From assembly GCA_030152305.1 (NCBI GenBank), contig JASKOM010000001.1, forward strand, positions 265,174 through 329,173: a stretch of DNA of 64,000 nucleotides, given 5' to 3'. Shown here in pieces: positions 20,275 to 30,005 of the stretch; the first letter of the stretch is position 1, and each line of letters opens with the position of its first letter. The stretch is from Campylobacterota bacterium (GTDB lineage: Bacteria > Campylobacterota > Campylobacteria > Campylobacterales > Thiovulaceae). The notes beneath the pieces are model-generated. The model saw nothing but the letters and a program-made list of their open reading frames with translations. It did not search any database and was not told the origin of the DNA. The translations under genes were made by a program, and so were the position numbers.

Positions 20275-20499
20275 TTATACTTTAATGAAAAACTGTTGTT
20301 TTATAATTTCGTCAAGTGTTTTTGCTTTTTTGTAATTTTCAATTAATCGCTCGACCCATTTTGGCATTAATAAATCGCCTGTAATCCATCTACTGACTGT
20401 ATTATGATTAATTTCTGTATATTTTGCGAAATCTTTTTGAGTCATTCCAAGAGCTTTTAATTCGGCTTTCAAATCAAACTCTTTTTTTATTTCCTCCAT
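20275..20499 (-). CDS. XRE/Cro-type helix-turn-helix protein (H5)
   Basis: 74 aa. GMTQKDFAKYTEINHNTVSRWITG. Lies immediately upstream of R5 on the same strand. Confidence 0.8.
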   Translation of the reverse strand: MEEIKKEFDLKAELKALGMTQKDFAKYTEINHNTVSRWITGDLLMPKWVERLIENYKKAKTLDEIIKQQFFIKV

Positions 20500-20550
20500 T
20501 TAACACCTTTCCCAATTTTTCGTAATTTTAATATTTTTGGTTTTTCGATT

Positions 20551-20591
20551 ATCATCCCGAAGCGATAGCTCCTGTAATTCATTTCAGGATC
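20551..20591 (+). repeat. palindromic repeat element, long variant E5
   Basis: ATCATCCCGAAGCGATAGCTCCTGTAATTCATTTCAGGATC. Outer arms ATCCCGAA/TTCAGGAT enclose a small internal hairpin. Confidence 0.75.
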
Positions 20592-20650
20592 TAAAAAAAT
20601 TTTGCTACAATTCAAATCAAAAAATCTTAAATTATTTGTTTTAAATTTAT

Positions 20651-20760
20651 TTCAATAAGGCTTACCAAGTGCCTACAGCATAACTCAAGCTTTCTAAGTC
20701 ATTCGGCTTGAAAGCCTTATTGAAGTAAATTTTGAAGAGTTATGCTGTGAAACTTGGTAA
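20651..20760 (+). ncRNA. candidate structured leader / c4-like antisense element upstream of AntA paralog P1
   Basis: Helix TTACCAAGT (20662-20670) / ACTTGGTAA (20752-20760) is extended by the copy-specific ACAGCATAACTC (20675-20686) / GAGTTATGCTGT (20737-20748). A competing outer helix pairs 20651-20663 with 20712-20724. Confidence 0.45.
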
Positions 20761-20821
20761 CTTTCTTAGCAACTCTTCAGCAAAAAAATTTATTTTAATT
20801 CAATAATTTACCAAGTAAAAA

Positions 20822-21754
20822 ATGATGGAAATCGTAAAAATTGTGCCTCAAAAAATTGGGGAAGAGAATTCTCAAGCTGTGTCAGCGAGAGATTTACATA
20901 AATTCTTAGGTGTCAAAAGACAATTTGCAAACTGGATTAAGGATCAGCTTAATAGAGGTAGATTTATAGAAAATATCGATTATATAGTAGCTTCAACCGT
21001 TAACATAAATGTTAACGGCAAAAATGTAACAGCCGAAGCTAATTCTACACAGCGAGATCAATCTGGTAAATTTACATCGATTGAATATTTCTTAACTCTT
21101 GAAACTGCTAAACATGTATCTTTAATGAGTGAAACAGAAAAAGGTTATGAAGTTCGAAACTATTTTATTCGGATTGAAAAAGAGTATTCAAACTTAAAAA
21201 CTCAACAAGCTATTCATGAAGCCGTTGAGCAAGAACGAAAAAATCAAAATCCAAAACTTGAGTTAATCAAAGTTCGCGGAAATGGAAAAATTATTCGAAG
21301 ATCTTTCACGGATGCAGTTAAAGATTTTGTTGTTTATGCAAAATCGCAAGGTAGTCAAAATGCTGATCGTTATTATTTAATTTTCACAATTGAAATTTAT
21401 AGAAAACTTGGCTTAATCAAAACGAATAAAGATTTTGGCAAATTAAAAAATGCGATTTCTGAAATCAAATTAAATGAACAAGATCTTAAAAAACTAGATA
21501 AGCAATTTAATTTTCGCGATGAATTAGATGTTGAAAACTTAACAGTTGTTAGTTCGTGTGAAATTATTGTTCAGCGAATTATTGAAGATGAAATGACAAA
21601 ACAGACACCTTACAAACAAATTTTTAAAATTGCAAAAGCTCAACTTTCGACAATTCAAATCGCATTCGAGCCTTATATCGCAACCGCAAAACAGCAACTT
21701 GAATTCAAAGGGACTTTGTTTGAGTTTTTATTACTTGAAAATAAAGAATCTTAG
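20822..21754 (+). CDS. AntA-type N-terminal domain + P63C-like C-terminal domain protein (P1)
   Basis: 310 aa. AVSARDLHKFLGVKRQFANWIKDQ...EYFLTLETAKHVSLMSETEKGYEVRNYFIRIEKEY is AntA/AntB-like. GKIIRRSFTDAVKDFVVYAKSQGSQNADRYYLIFTIEIYRKLG...NFRDEL is P63C-like. Confidence 0.7.
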   Translation: MMEIVKIVPQKIGEENSQAVSARDLHKFLGVKRQFANWIKDQLNRGRFIENIDYIVASTVNINVNGKNVTAEANSTQRDQSGKFTSIEYFLTLETAKHVSLMSETEKGYEVRNYFIRIEKEYSNLKTQQAIHEAVEQERKNQNPKLELIKVRGNGKIIRRSFTDAVKDFVVYAKSQGSQNADRYYLIFTIEIYRKLGLIKTNKDFGKLKNAISEIKLNEQDLKKLDKQFNFRDELDVENLTVVSSCEIIVQRIIEDEMTKQTPYKQIFKIAKAQLSTIQIAFEPYIATAKQQLEFKGTLFEFLLLENKES

Positions 21755-21759
21755 TTTCC

Positions 21760-21800
21760 GTCATCCTGAAGCGAAAGCTCCTGTAACTTGTTTCGGGATC
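21760..21800 (+). repeat. palindromic repeat element, long variant E6
   Basis: GTCATCCTGAAGCGAAAGCTCCTGTAACTTGTTTCGGGATC with an internal GC-GAAA-GC hairpin. Confidence 0.8.
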
Positions 21801-21859
21801 TAAAAAAATTTTGCTACAATTCAAATCAAAAAATTTTAAATTATTTGTTTTAAGTTTAT

Positions 21860-21967
21860 TTCAACAAGGCTTACCAGTGCCTGTCACGAACTCTTCGCTT
21901 TCTGGTCATCTTGATTGGAAAGCCTTTTTGAAGTAAATTTTGAAGATGTTTGTGACGAAACTGGTAA
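21860..21967 (+). ncRNA. candidate structured leader / c4-like element upstream of P2
   Basis: TTACCAGT (21871-21878) / ACTGGTAA (21960-21967), plus the copy-specific GTCACGAACTCTTC (21883-21896) / GAAGATGTTTGTGAC (21942-21956). Confidence 0.45.
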
Positions 21968-22027
21968 CTTCTTAGCAACTCTTCAGCCAAAAAATTTATT
22001 TTAATTCTATAATTTACCAAGTAAAAA

Positions 22028-22906
22028 ATGATGGAAATCGTAAAAATTGTGCCTCAAAAAATTGGGGAAGAGAATTCTCAAGCTGTTTCAGCGAGAGATT
22101 TATATAAATTCTTAGGTGTAAAAAGACAGTTTTCAGACTGGATCAAGGATCAAATTAACAGAGGTTTGTTTGAGGAAAACATCGATTTTATCACGAGTTC
22201 ACAAAAAAGTGAAGTCGGCCCAGTTGTCAAAGAAGTAAAAGAATATTATTTGACAATTGAAACCGCGAAGTATATTGCTTTAATGAGTAGAACAGAAAAA
22301 GGTAAAGAAGTAAAAAGATATTTTCTCAAAATCGAAAAAGAGTATTTCAATTTGAAAGTTCATGAAGCCGTTGAGCAAGAACGAAAAAATCAAAATCCAA
22401 AACTTGAGTTAATCAAAGTTCGCGGAAATGGAAAAATTATTCGAAGATCTTTCACGGATACAGTTAAAGATTTTATCGTTTATGCAAAATCGCAAGGTAG
22501 TCAAAATGCTGATCGTTATTATTTAATTTTCACAATTGAAATTTATCGAAAACTTGGCTTAATAAAAACGAATAAAGATTTTGGCAAATTGAAAAATGCG
22601 ATTTCTGAAATAAAATTAAACGATGAAGATCTTAAAAAACTAGATAAGCAATTTAATTTTCGCGATGAATTAGATGTTGAAAACTTAACCGTTGTTAGTT
22701 CGTGTGAAATTATTGTTCAGCGAATTATCGAAGACGAAATGACAAAACAGACACCTTACAAACAAATTTTTCAAATTGCAAAAGCTCAACTTGCAACAAT
22801 TTCAATCGCATTCGAGCCTTATATTGTAACCGCAAAACAGCAACTTGAATTTAAAAATACACTTTTTGAGTTTTTATTACTTGAAAATAATCCTGTTGTG
22901 AATTAA
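22028..22906 (+). CDS. AntA-type + P63C-like protein (P2)
   Basis: 292 aa. Paralog of P1 with a different segment between ENIDF and EYYLT. C-terminus is ...LLLENNPVVN, as in P4. Confidence 0.7.
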   Translation: MMEIVKIVPQKIGEENSQAVSARDLYKFLGVKRQFSDWIKDQINRGLFEENIDFITSSQKSEVGPVVKEVKEYYLTIETAKYIALMSRTEKGKEVKRYFLKIEKEYFNLKVHEAVEQERKNQNPKLELIKVRGNGKIIRRSFTDTVKDFIVYAKSQGSQNADRYYLIFTIEIYRKLGLIKTNKDFGKLKNAISEIKLNDEDLKKLDKQFNFRDELDVENLTVVSSCEIIVQRIIEDEMTKQTPYKQIFQIAKAQLATISIAFEPYIVTAKQQLEFKNTLFEFLLLENNPVVN

Positions 22907-23012
22907 TTCGTAGATTCTAAAACGAGAAGTTATTTGAAACTTGATAATTCATGACTTTATTAATCGTGTTTATCTGATAAAATTATCTAAAGTTTTATTA
23001 AAGGAGTTTTTT

Positions 23013-23351
23013 TTGAAATTATTTTCAATTGTGTTGATTTCAAGTTCTTTTTTGTTTGCTGATTTTCAGGATGAATTAGATAATGATCCTCGTGAGGCTA
23101 ACAAAAAATATATTGACAAATATAACCGTGAGTTTAATGCAAATCATTCAAAGATCAAAAAATTGTTAGATCGTAATTTAAAATGTTTGGAAGGAACTGA
23201 AAAAATTGCGAGTAATCTTAAATGCTATTCGGTTTATTTATCGATTACGGAGTTAAAAGAGAAAAAGCATGTTGATCAAGCTTTGATAGATCAACTTGAA
23301 ACACATTGTCCAGATTGGAAAGATTATCAAGTCGAGGAGTGCGAAAAATGA
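23013..23351 (+). CDS. small secreted protein, unknown function
   Basis: TTG start at 23013 lies 7 nt after AAAGGAG and gives MKLFSIVLISSSFLFADF (signal peptide). The ORF-track start at 22941 has no RBS. Confidence 0.5.
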   Translation: MKLFSIVLISSSFLFADFQDELDNDPREANKKYIDKYNREFNANHSKIKKLLDRNLKCLEGTEKIASNLKCYSVYLSITELKEKKHVDQALIDQLETHCPDWKDYQVEECEK

Positions 23352-23920
23352 AAAAAATATTTTTAGCGATGTCGTTGCCAATTTCACTTTTGGCTACGGA
23401 TATTAGCAATTATAAACAGCCTGAACGAGTAGAATCTCAACAAGAAAAGTTAAATAAAGCTAAACAACAAAAAGAAGAAATTCGTAGAAAATTAAGCGAG
23501 ATTCCGGGGCTTCAAAAAAAGATAATTGCAATGCAAGAAACTATAAAAAGAGCTTCAGATCATCAGCGAAAATTAGCTGACACATATGCAAAAGCTAATA
23601 AATTTTGCGAAGAACAAAAGGCAAAAAACGAGCTAAAAGGCATGAAATATACTCATATAGAAAAAATTTATAAAGATTGTCAAGAAGAAATGAAATTAGA
23701 TGATATTTTTTCGTCAGATCAACATAATCAGTTAATGACTGATATAAAGTCGTTTAAACAAGCTATTCAGACACATATTGAAGAAAGTGATGCTCTTGTT
23801 AATAAAAAAGAGGCTCTTGAAATGAAAGAGACTTATATAAGTGAAGCTATTTTAATGCTTGAAGAATCTGTTAATAATCCTGATGGTAGTAAATCAGACA
23901 ATGAAAAAGAATCAAAATAA
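23348..23920 (+). CDS. secreted coiled-coil protein
   Basis: The ATG at 23348 overlaps the previous stop as ATGA. MKKIFLAMSLPISLLATD is a signal peptide. The sequence is homologous to the N-terminal ~150 aa of the 27078-28703 product (KLS.IPGL, KKE.LEM.E.Y.SEA..MLE). Confidence 0.6.
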   Translation: MKKIFLAMSLPISLLATDISNYKQPERVESQQEKLNKAKQQKEEIRRKLSEIPGLQKKIIAMQETIKRASDHQRKLADTYAKANKFCEEQKAKNELKGMKYTHIEKIYKDCQEEMKLDDIFSSDQHNQLMTDIKSFKQAIQTHIEESDALVNKKEALEMKETYISEAILMLEESVNNPDGSKSDNEKESK

Positions 23921-23923
23921 TAG

Positions 23924-24999
23924 ATGAGGTATTTAATGAAATTCAATAAAATAAAAATTGCGGTTATATTTAGTGTATTATCAGCAATTGAATTAAGCGG
24001 TGGAAATTATAATTTAAGTTGTGGCAATGTTCCAGATGATGCTATTGAGGAACTTAATAATTTAATAACAGATGAAAAAACAGCACCAATGGAAATGGTG
24101 TTTTTGGTGTGGATGTTGGTTTTAAAAAAACTGGTGATTTATATATTGGTTTCTTTTCTTTAAATCAAAACAACATAGCTGAATATAAACAACATGTTTT
24201 TAACGGACGAGAAAACAAAGAACCTCATCGTGTTGAATATGCTTTGTCAGATAAATATTCAACAACGGTTGAAAAATATTATTATTCAAAAGATCCGCTT
24301 TCTATTATTGTGTTTGCTAACGATCAAGTTTTTGATGTTCCTGTTGCAAAACTTGGACTAAACAATAAAGATTCAATTTTTGTTCTTGGCAATGAAATAG
24401 CTTTAAAGCTTGATATTGGCGGTAACAATAAAAAAGCACCTGATTATGAAAATTATTTAAATTCAGAAGAAATCAAAACTGCTCAAAATCAAGCAAAAGC
24501 ACGAGCTGATGAAGCCGAAGCAAATGAAAAACGAGAAAAAGCAAAAATTCAAGCTACAAAAATAAGTTCTGGTGGTGGAAAATCAGATGCTGGTTCAGGT
24601 TCAAATAATCATCCAACTGATTACGACACGGTTAAACAGCCAAAAGAAGACGAATATCGAGAAAAAGGAAATAAAAAAGCTGAAAGTGAAGAACAAGAAC
24701 AATCTCCTCAATCTTAAAAACCTGACTGCACAACCCCAATAAATGTGGCTATAAAAAACATTAACGGTAATAAAACTTGTGCTACTACAAAGTGGGAAGA
24801 TTTTAAAAAAGGTTTTAATGATAATTTTGAATTTGATTCGAATAAACAAGCATATAAAGTAAAAAAAGCTGAAGCACTAAGCTCACCTAACTGTAAAAAT
24901 GATGATTATGTGCAATTTTTTGATGGTAGTAAAGGTAGTAAAGGTTGCCAACTTTCAAATGCACAAATTGCTGAAGCTATAAATTTTAGCAAAAAATAA
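23924..24999 (+). pseudogene. disrupted secreted-protein gene (1 frameshift + 1 in-frame TAA)
   Basis: The signal-peptide ORF (23924-) changes frame at the A6 run 24075-24080; an A7 would join it to ...NSTNGNGVFGVDVGFKKTG. An in-frame TAA at 24715-24717 separates 24109-24717 from 24745-24999. The paralog 27078-28703 reads straight through the equivalent point. Confidence 0.65.
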
Positions 25000-25934
25000 T
25001 GAACATATTTATTAAAAAGTTTTTTACACTTAGCATAAGTTTATCAACGATGCTATTTGCTGATTTTTCTGAAGAATCAAATAAAAAAGAACAAGATCAA
25101 GATGTTGAAACTTTGATTAAAGAATATCAAAAATATAAAAATAGTGATGTTCAAGAAGTTCAAGATAATCAAAACGAAAACGAGCCTGTCGAAGAATTGC
25201 CAAAAGCTAAAAAGCCACAAACTAAAACTTCGTCAAATCCAGAAATTCAAGCTCTAAAAGATGAATATACAAAATATAAAAATGCAGTCGAATCTGATAT
25301 TAACATAGTTAAAAATGGTCAAATTAACGAATTGCCTGAATTAAAAAAATTGGCAATAAAACCTGATTTGCAAATTACTATCGATGCAATCGAAGAAGGA
25401 GCTCAAAAAAAAGCTCTTCAATCTGATGCCTATTTATATTTAAAACGATGGTTTTTACTTGCTGATGAGGTCGATAGTGAAGATAAAGAGACTTTATTTT
25501 ATTTAATACTCGATTCTCATTTTAAACAAAACATGGCTGAAGTCGAATCTTTGACAATTAATGAAGATTTTATTTCAGATCAAGAATTCATGGATTTTAT
25601 TAAATTGGGCTATGACGAATATATGGAATATTTAACAATGATCGCGGAAGATTTCGGTGATATCGATGAAAAATATTACAACAAAATAAAATATCGAGTT
25701 ACATCAAAAGGTGGTTTGAGTGTTCAAAAAGATCCATTAACAGGAATTGAACTCAAAAGCAAAAAAGTTATTCCAAATAAAGCAATAGTTTATGTCAAAT
25801 ATTCAACTCGAGGATCTGATAAAAATTTCAAAAATTCATTTAATAAAAAGTTTGCCAAAATCGAATATGAAACCGACGATGAAAAAATAATTGGTTGGGT
25901 TGATTTCAAATCGTTAGTCAAAAAAAACAGATAA
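24999..25934 (+). CDS. secreted protein with possible C-terminal SH3b-like domain
   Basis: 311 aa. Signal peptide MNIFIKKFFTLSISLSTMLFA, an acidic/Q-rich N-terminal region, and C-terminal ...AKIEYETDDEKIIGWVDFKSLVKK. Confidence 0.5.
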   Translation: MNIFIKKFFTLSISLSTMLFADFSEESNKKEQDQDVETLIKEYQKYKNSDVQEVQDNQNENEPVEELPKAKKPQTKTSSNPEIQALKDEYTKYKNAVESDINIVKNGQINELPELKKLAIKPDLQITIDAIEEGAQKKALQSDAYLYLKRWFLLADEVDSEDKETLFYLILDSHFKQNMAEVESLTINEDFISDQEFMDFIKLGYDEYMEYLTMIAEDFGDIDEKYYNKIKYRVTSKGGLSVQKDPLTGIELKSKKVIPNKAIVYVKYSTRGSDKNFKNSFNKKFAKIEYETDDEKIIGWVDFKSLVKKNR

Positions 25935-25970
25935 AACACAAAACAAAAATCCAAAACTAAAAGAATATAA

Positions 25971-27071
25971 ATGATATTAAAAACAAAATCTTTTATATTT
26001 TTCGCTATTTTTTTGACCTCATCGGTATTATTAAATGCCGAAGGTTCTCATTTTATTTTTAATTCTAATGTTGTTGAAAAAAGAAAAACTTTACAACAAG
26101 AATTAAAAATACTCGATGAAAAAGTCGTCAAATTATTTAATCTCGAAAAAGAATTAAATAATAAACAGCTATTAAACAAACATGAAATAAGCGAAAAACA
26201 GGCTGAACAAAAAGAACTTTTGTCTCAAATTAAATTTTACGATATAAAAAAATTATCTATCGATTATCTTAACGAACATATAAACATCGAACTTTTAAAA
26301 TCAAAAAGTTTTGAAAAACAATTAAATAATTTTTCTTTCTACGACACGAAATATAATAATTTATTTAATTTTTATATGAACGAAAATCAAGACGGCATGA
26401 CAAAATGTCTCAAATTCGAAAAATCTTTTAATTTTAAAGTTTCTCAAGATTATCGAGATTTAGAATCAACTAAACAAATAAAAGACACTTTTTTATATTT
26501 TGAAAATTTAATTTATTACACAAATATAAAAATTCGCAAATTAGATCGTGGAGATTATTATGATCGTTATGACGAATTACCTTCGAAAGCTATTTTAAAA
26601 GAATTTGTAAATTATATAAATAGCAAACAAAAAGAATTAATCTCATTTTTATATACTCAATTTTATGAACTTGCCTTTTTAAAACATCGAAATATTTCAT
26701 TTTTATTTGGCTTAAATATTTATTTAAACAGCGATAAAAATTTAATAATCGAATATTACGGCATCGATTCTGAACAAAATTACAAAACTGATCATATTTA
26801 TATTCCCGCTGAATCTATTGGTAAAGATATAAAAAATAATTTAGTCATGAAAACAGTTTATACAGCAAATCGAAAAGAACCTACAAATGTTATTATGACT
26901 TATCAAAATTATGAATATTGGCTTCCTGTAACTCTTTTTGCTAATCATACTTCAGCTCAAATTATCAAAAATGAACTTGATTTTTGGATTTTTAAAAATA
27001 ATATTAGTCCAGCTCGAAGTTTCATTCGAGAGCAATATATACAACTGTTCAAAAATAAAGTCGAGGATTAA
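25971..27071 (+). CDS. secreted protein, unknown function
   Basis: 366 aa with a signal peptide (FIFFAIFLTSSVLLNAEG) and an N-terminal coiled coil. Confidence 0.5.
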   Translation: MILKTKSFIFFAIFLTSSVLLNAEGSHFIFNSNVVEKRKTLQQELKILDEKVVKLFNLEKELNNKQLLNKHEISEKQAEQKELLSQIKFYDIKKLSIDYLNEHINIELLKSKSFEKQLNNFSFYDTKYNNLFNFYMNENQDGMTKCLKFEKSFNFKVSQDYRDLESTKQIKDTFLYFENLIYYTNIKIRKLDRGDYYDRYDELPSKAILKEFVNYINSKQKELISFLYTQFYELAFLKHRNISFLFGLNIYLNSDKNLIIEYYGIDSEQNYKTDHIYIPAESIGKDIKNNLVMKTVYTANRKEPTNVIMTYQNYEYWLPVTLFANHTSAQIIKNELDFWIFKNNISPARSFIREQYIQLFKNKVED

Positions 27072-27077
27072 ACTTTT

Positions 27078-28703
27078 ATGAAAATCATATTTTCGTTTTT
27101 TATATTTATTGGTCTATTATTTAGTGAAGATATTAATCAAAATAAAACAAAATTAAATCAACTCAAAACTAAACGAGATGAAATTCGCGGAAAATTAAGT
27201 CAAATTCCAGGTTTGGAACAAAAAATGAAAGAAATGAAAGCTAAGATCGAAAAGGTTTCAAAAAGTGCTCAAAAAATGCAGGAAATTAAAGCCAGATTAG
27301 ATAAATTAGAACATTCAACATCTTTTGATAATCAACACGAAGAATATATGTTATCAGCTGAAAATTTCAAAGATAGCTTAAAACAACATATTCAAAAAAA
27401 TGCAGTGATTTTTAATGAACTTATGGATAAAAAAGAATCTTTAGAAATGGTTGAACAATATACAAGTGAAGCCGTTGCAATGCTTGAAGATATGATAAAT
27501 AAACCTTATGAAAAAATTGATTATGAACAAGCAAGAAAAGAATCTGAAGCTAAAGCCGAACGATCAAAAAAACAAGCCGAAGCAAAAGCACGAGCTGAAG
27601 CCGAAGAAAATGAAAAACGAGAAAAAGCAAAAATTCAAGCTACAAAAATAGGTTCTGGTGGTGTAAAATCAGATGCTAGTTGTAGTTTGAATCATCCAAC
27701 TGATTATGACACAGTTAAACAACAAAAAGAAGATGAATATCGTGAACAACCAAAAGAAGACGAATATCGAGAAAAAGGAAATAAAGAAGCTGAAAACGAA
27801 GCAAATCAACATTCTTCTCAATCTCCTAATGATTGTAAAGAAACCCCAAAAAATGTGGCTATAAAAAATATTAACGGTAATAAAACTTGTGCTACTACAA
27901 ATTGGAAAAATTTTAAAGAAGGTTTTAATTCTGTTTTTGAATTTGATTCGAATAAACAAGCATATCAAGTAAAAAAAGCTGAAGCACTTTCTTCACCTAA
28001 CTGTCGAAATGGTGATTATGTGCAATTTTTTGATAACAGTAATATTTGCCAACTTTCAAATGAACAAATTAGCGAGGCAATAAATAGTAATTATCGTAGT
28101 TTGAATCATCCAACTGATTACGACACGGTTAAAGCTACAAAAATAGGTTCTGATGGTGAAAAATCAAATGCTGGTTCAAATTCACCAAATTATTCAACTA
28201 ATTACGACACAGTTAAAGCTACAAAAATAGGTTCTGGTGGTGAAAAATCAAATGCTGGTTCAAATTCACCAAATTATTCAACTAATTACGACACAGTTAA
28301 AGCTACAAAAATAGGTTCTGGTGGTGAAAAATCATATGCTGGTTCAAATAATTATTCATATGATTATGACACTGTTAAACAGCCAAAAGAAGACGAATAT
28401 CGCGAACAAGGAAATAAAGAAGCTGAAACATATTCTAACGATTGTAAAGAATTCCCAAGAAAAATTGCAATCAAACATCTTGACGGTGAGAAATGTGCAA
28501 CTGTTGTTACAAAACTATCTTTTCAAGAAAATTTCAATCTTGATTTCGAAGCTGTTCGTGGAAAACAAAGAACATATCGAGTCAAAAATCAACAAACAGA
28601 TTGTAAAGTCGGTGAGCAAATTCAATTTTTTGATGCTAACAAAGATTGCCAACTTTCAAATGATCAAATAGCTGAAATTATAAATTTTAGCAAAAATAAA
28701 TAA
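27078..28703 (+). CDS. secreted modular repeat protein
   Basis: 541 aa: signal peptide, coiled coil, a charged AKARAEAEENEKREKAK segment, NHPTDYDTVK motifs, two copies of a ~80-aa Cys-containing module (...KTCATTNWKNFKEGFN...CQLSNEQISEAIN), and three 28-aa tandem repeats. Confidence 0.6.
   Translation: MKIIFSFFIFIGLLFSEDINQNKTKLNQLKTKRDEIRGKLSQIPGLEQKMKEMKAKIEKVSKSAQKMQEIKARLDKLEHSTSFDNQHEEYMLSAENFKDSLKQHIQKNAVIFNELMDKKESLEMVEQYTSEAVAMLEDMINKPYEKIDYEQARKESEAKAERSKKQAEAKARAEAEENEKREKAKIQATKIGSGGVKSDASCSLNHPTDYDTVKQQKEDEYREQPKEDEYREKGNKEAENEANQHSSQSPNDCKETPKNVAIKNINGNKTCATTNWKNFKEGFNSVFEFDSNKQAYQVKKAEALSSPNCRNGDYVQFFDNSNICQLSNEQISEAINSNYRSLNHPTDYDTVKATKIGSDGEKSNAGSNSPNYSTNYDTVKATKIGSGGEKSNAGSNSPNYSTNYDTVKATKIGSGGEKSYAGSNNYSYDYDTVKQPKEDEYREQGNKEAETYSNDCKEFPRKIAIKHLDGEKCATVVTKLSFQENFNLDFEAVRGKQRTYRVKNQQTDCKVGEQIQFFDANKDCQLSNDQIAEIINFSKNK
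28134..28379 (+). repeat. 84-nt tandem coding repeat, about 3 units
   Basis: Units start at 28134, 28218 and 28302 and encode ATKIGSGGEKSNAGSNSPNYSTNYDTVK. The first two units are near-identical at the DNA level. Confidence 0.9.
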
Positions 28704-28783
28704 CTAACACAATTCACGACTTTATCGATAATTTATTTTTTTCGATGAGGTCCGTTTCTTCGAAACAAAATAAAATAATTAAA

Positions 28784-29701
28784 ATGGAACATAAATATAT
28801 GGGTGATCAAGCAACGGTTTTCTTAAATCAAACATCAGCAACAAACAGATCTAATAATCAATCAAATCAGTCAAATAAATTTTTCAATAAGTATCTCAAA
28901 GCTTTTCTATTTATTATATTAATAATTATTGCTAGTTCAATAACTTATTATTACGATTATCAATCAGCAAAAACTAAAGAACAGGAACAAAAAAAAGAAT
29001 CTGAACTTGAATCAGAAAAGTTAAAAAAAATCGAAGCTGAAAAATTGCAAAAATACGAATTAGAGTTAAAAAGAATCGAAGCCGAAGAATTACAAAAAGC
29101 TGAACTCGAACGACAAAGAATCGAAGCTGAAAAATTACAAAAAGCTGAACTTGAACAACAACGACTCGATGCTGAAAAATTACAACAATACGAATTAGAG
29201 TTAAAAAGAATGGAAGCCGAAGATTTTCAAAAAGCTCAACTCGAGAAACAAAGAATCGAAGCTGAAAAATTACAAAAAGCTGAACTCGAACGACAACGAA
29301 TCGAAGCTGAAAAATTAAAAAAAGCTAAACTTGAAAAACAACGAATCGAAGCTGAAAAAACCACACAACCTAAACCATCAAATAAAAATGGCATTGTTGT
29401 AATTAACGATTTAATGTTTCAAGATCAACAATTGCCAAATCAAATGAGTTGGACTGAAGCAGTAAGTTATTGCAAAAATCTAACATTTAAAGGTTATTCC
29501 GATTGGAAATTACCAGATCTTGAAGATTTAACAATTGCTTTTCAAAATAAGTCAAAATTCAAAAACTTACAACAAAGTTGGTATTGGAGCAGAACAAATC
29601 ACGATAATTTTGGTGCGAAATTCATAGATTTTCACAGCGGATTAACCGATTGGGATGTTCAAACAGCAAACGGTTTTGCTTTTTGCTCAAGAGATTTGTG
29701 A
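28784..29701 (+). CDS. membrane-anchored coiled-coil repeat protein with C-terminal DUF1566 (Lcl-C-like) domain
   Basis: One TM segment (FLFIILIIIASSITYYY), repeats of the AEKLQKAELERQRIE type, and C-terminal MSWTEAVSYCKNL...YSDWKLPDLEDL...WYWSRT. The start is uncertain. The ORF-track ATG at 28745 lies inside a GATGAGGT motif. Confidence 0.6.
   Translation: MEHKYMGDQATVFLNQTSATNRSNNQSNQSNKFFNKYLKAFLFIILIIIASSITYYYDYQSAKTKEQEQKKESELESEKLKKIEAEKLQKYELELKRIEAEELQKAELERQRIEAEKLQKAELEQQRLDAEKLQQYELELKRMEAEDFQKAQLEKQRIEAEKLQKAELERQRIEAEKLKKAKLEKQRIEAEKTTQPKPSNKNGIVVINDLMFQDQQLPNQMSWTEAVSYCKNLTFKGYSDWKLPDLEDLTIAFQNKSKFKNLQQSWYWSRTNHDNFGAKFIDFHSGLTDWDVQTANGFAFCSRDL
29040..29358 (+). repeat. 45-nt periodic coding repeat (IEAEKLQKAELERQR heptad-like units)
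   Basis: About 7 diverged units of ATCGAAGCTGAAAAATTACAAAAAGCTGAACTCGAACGACAAAGA. Confidence 0.8.
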
Positions 29702-29723
29702 AATTCAAAAAAACAGTTTTTCC

Positions 29724-29764
29724 GTCATCCTGAAGCGAAAGCTCCTGTAACTTGTTTCGGGATC
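29724..29764 (+). repeat. palindromic repeat element, long variant E7
   Basis: Identical to E6: GTCATCCTGAAGCGAAAGCTCCTGTAACTTGTTTCGGGATC. Confidence 0.8.
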
Positions 29765-29825
29765 TAATTAAAAATTTTGCTACAATTCAAATCAAAAAAT
29801 CTTAAATTATTTGTTTTAAATTTAT

Positions 29826-29946
29826 TTCAACAAGGCTTACCAGTGCCTAAGATTCAATCTTTCATACCTTCTTGCTTATCTTGAAGGTATTCTGATACAA
29901 GCCTTTTTGAAGTAAATTTTGAAGAGATTGAATCTGAAACTGGTAA
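29826..29946 (+). ncRNA. candidate structured leader / c4-like element upstream of P3
   Basis: TTACCAGT (29837-29844) / ACTGGTAA (29939-29946), copy-specific AGATTCAATCTTTC (29850-29863) / GAAGAGATTGAATCT (29921-29935), and a copy-specific inner hairpin ATACCTTC (29864-29871) / GAAGGTAT (29883-29890). Confidence 0.45.
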
Positions 29947-30005
29947 CTTCTTAGCAACTCTTCAGCCAAAAAATTTATTTTAATTCTATAATTTACCAAG
30001 TAAAA

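Noticed and set aside
28134-28379. CRISPR-like regular repeats
   Set aside because: The 84-nt units are contiguous with no spacers and are in-frame coding repeats of a secreted protein. No CRISPR array or cas gene is present anywhere in the window.
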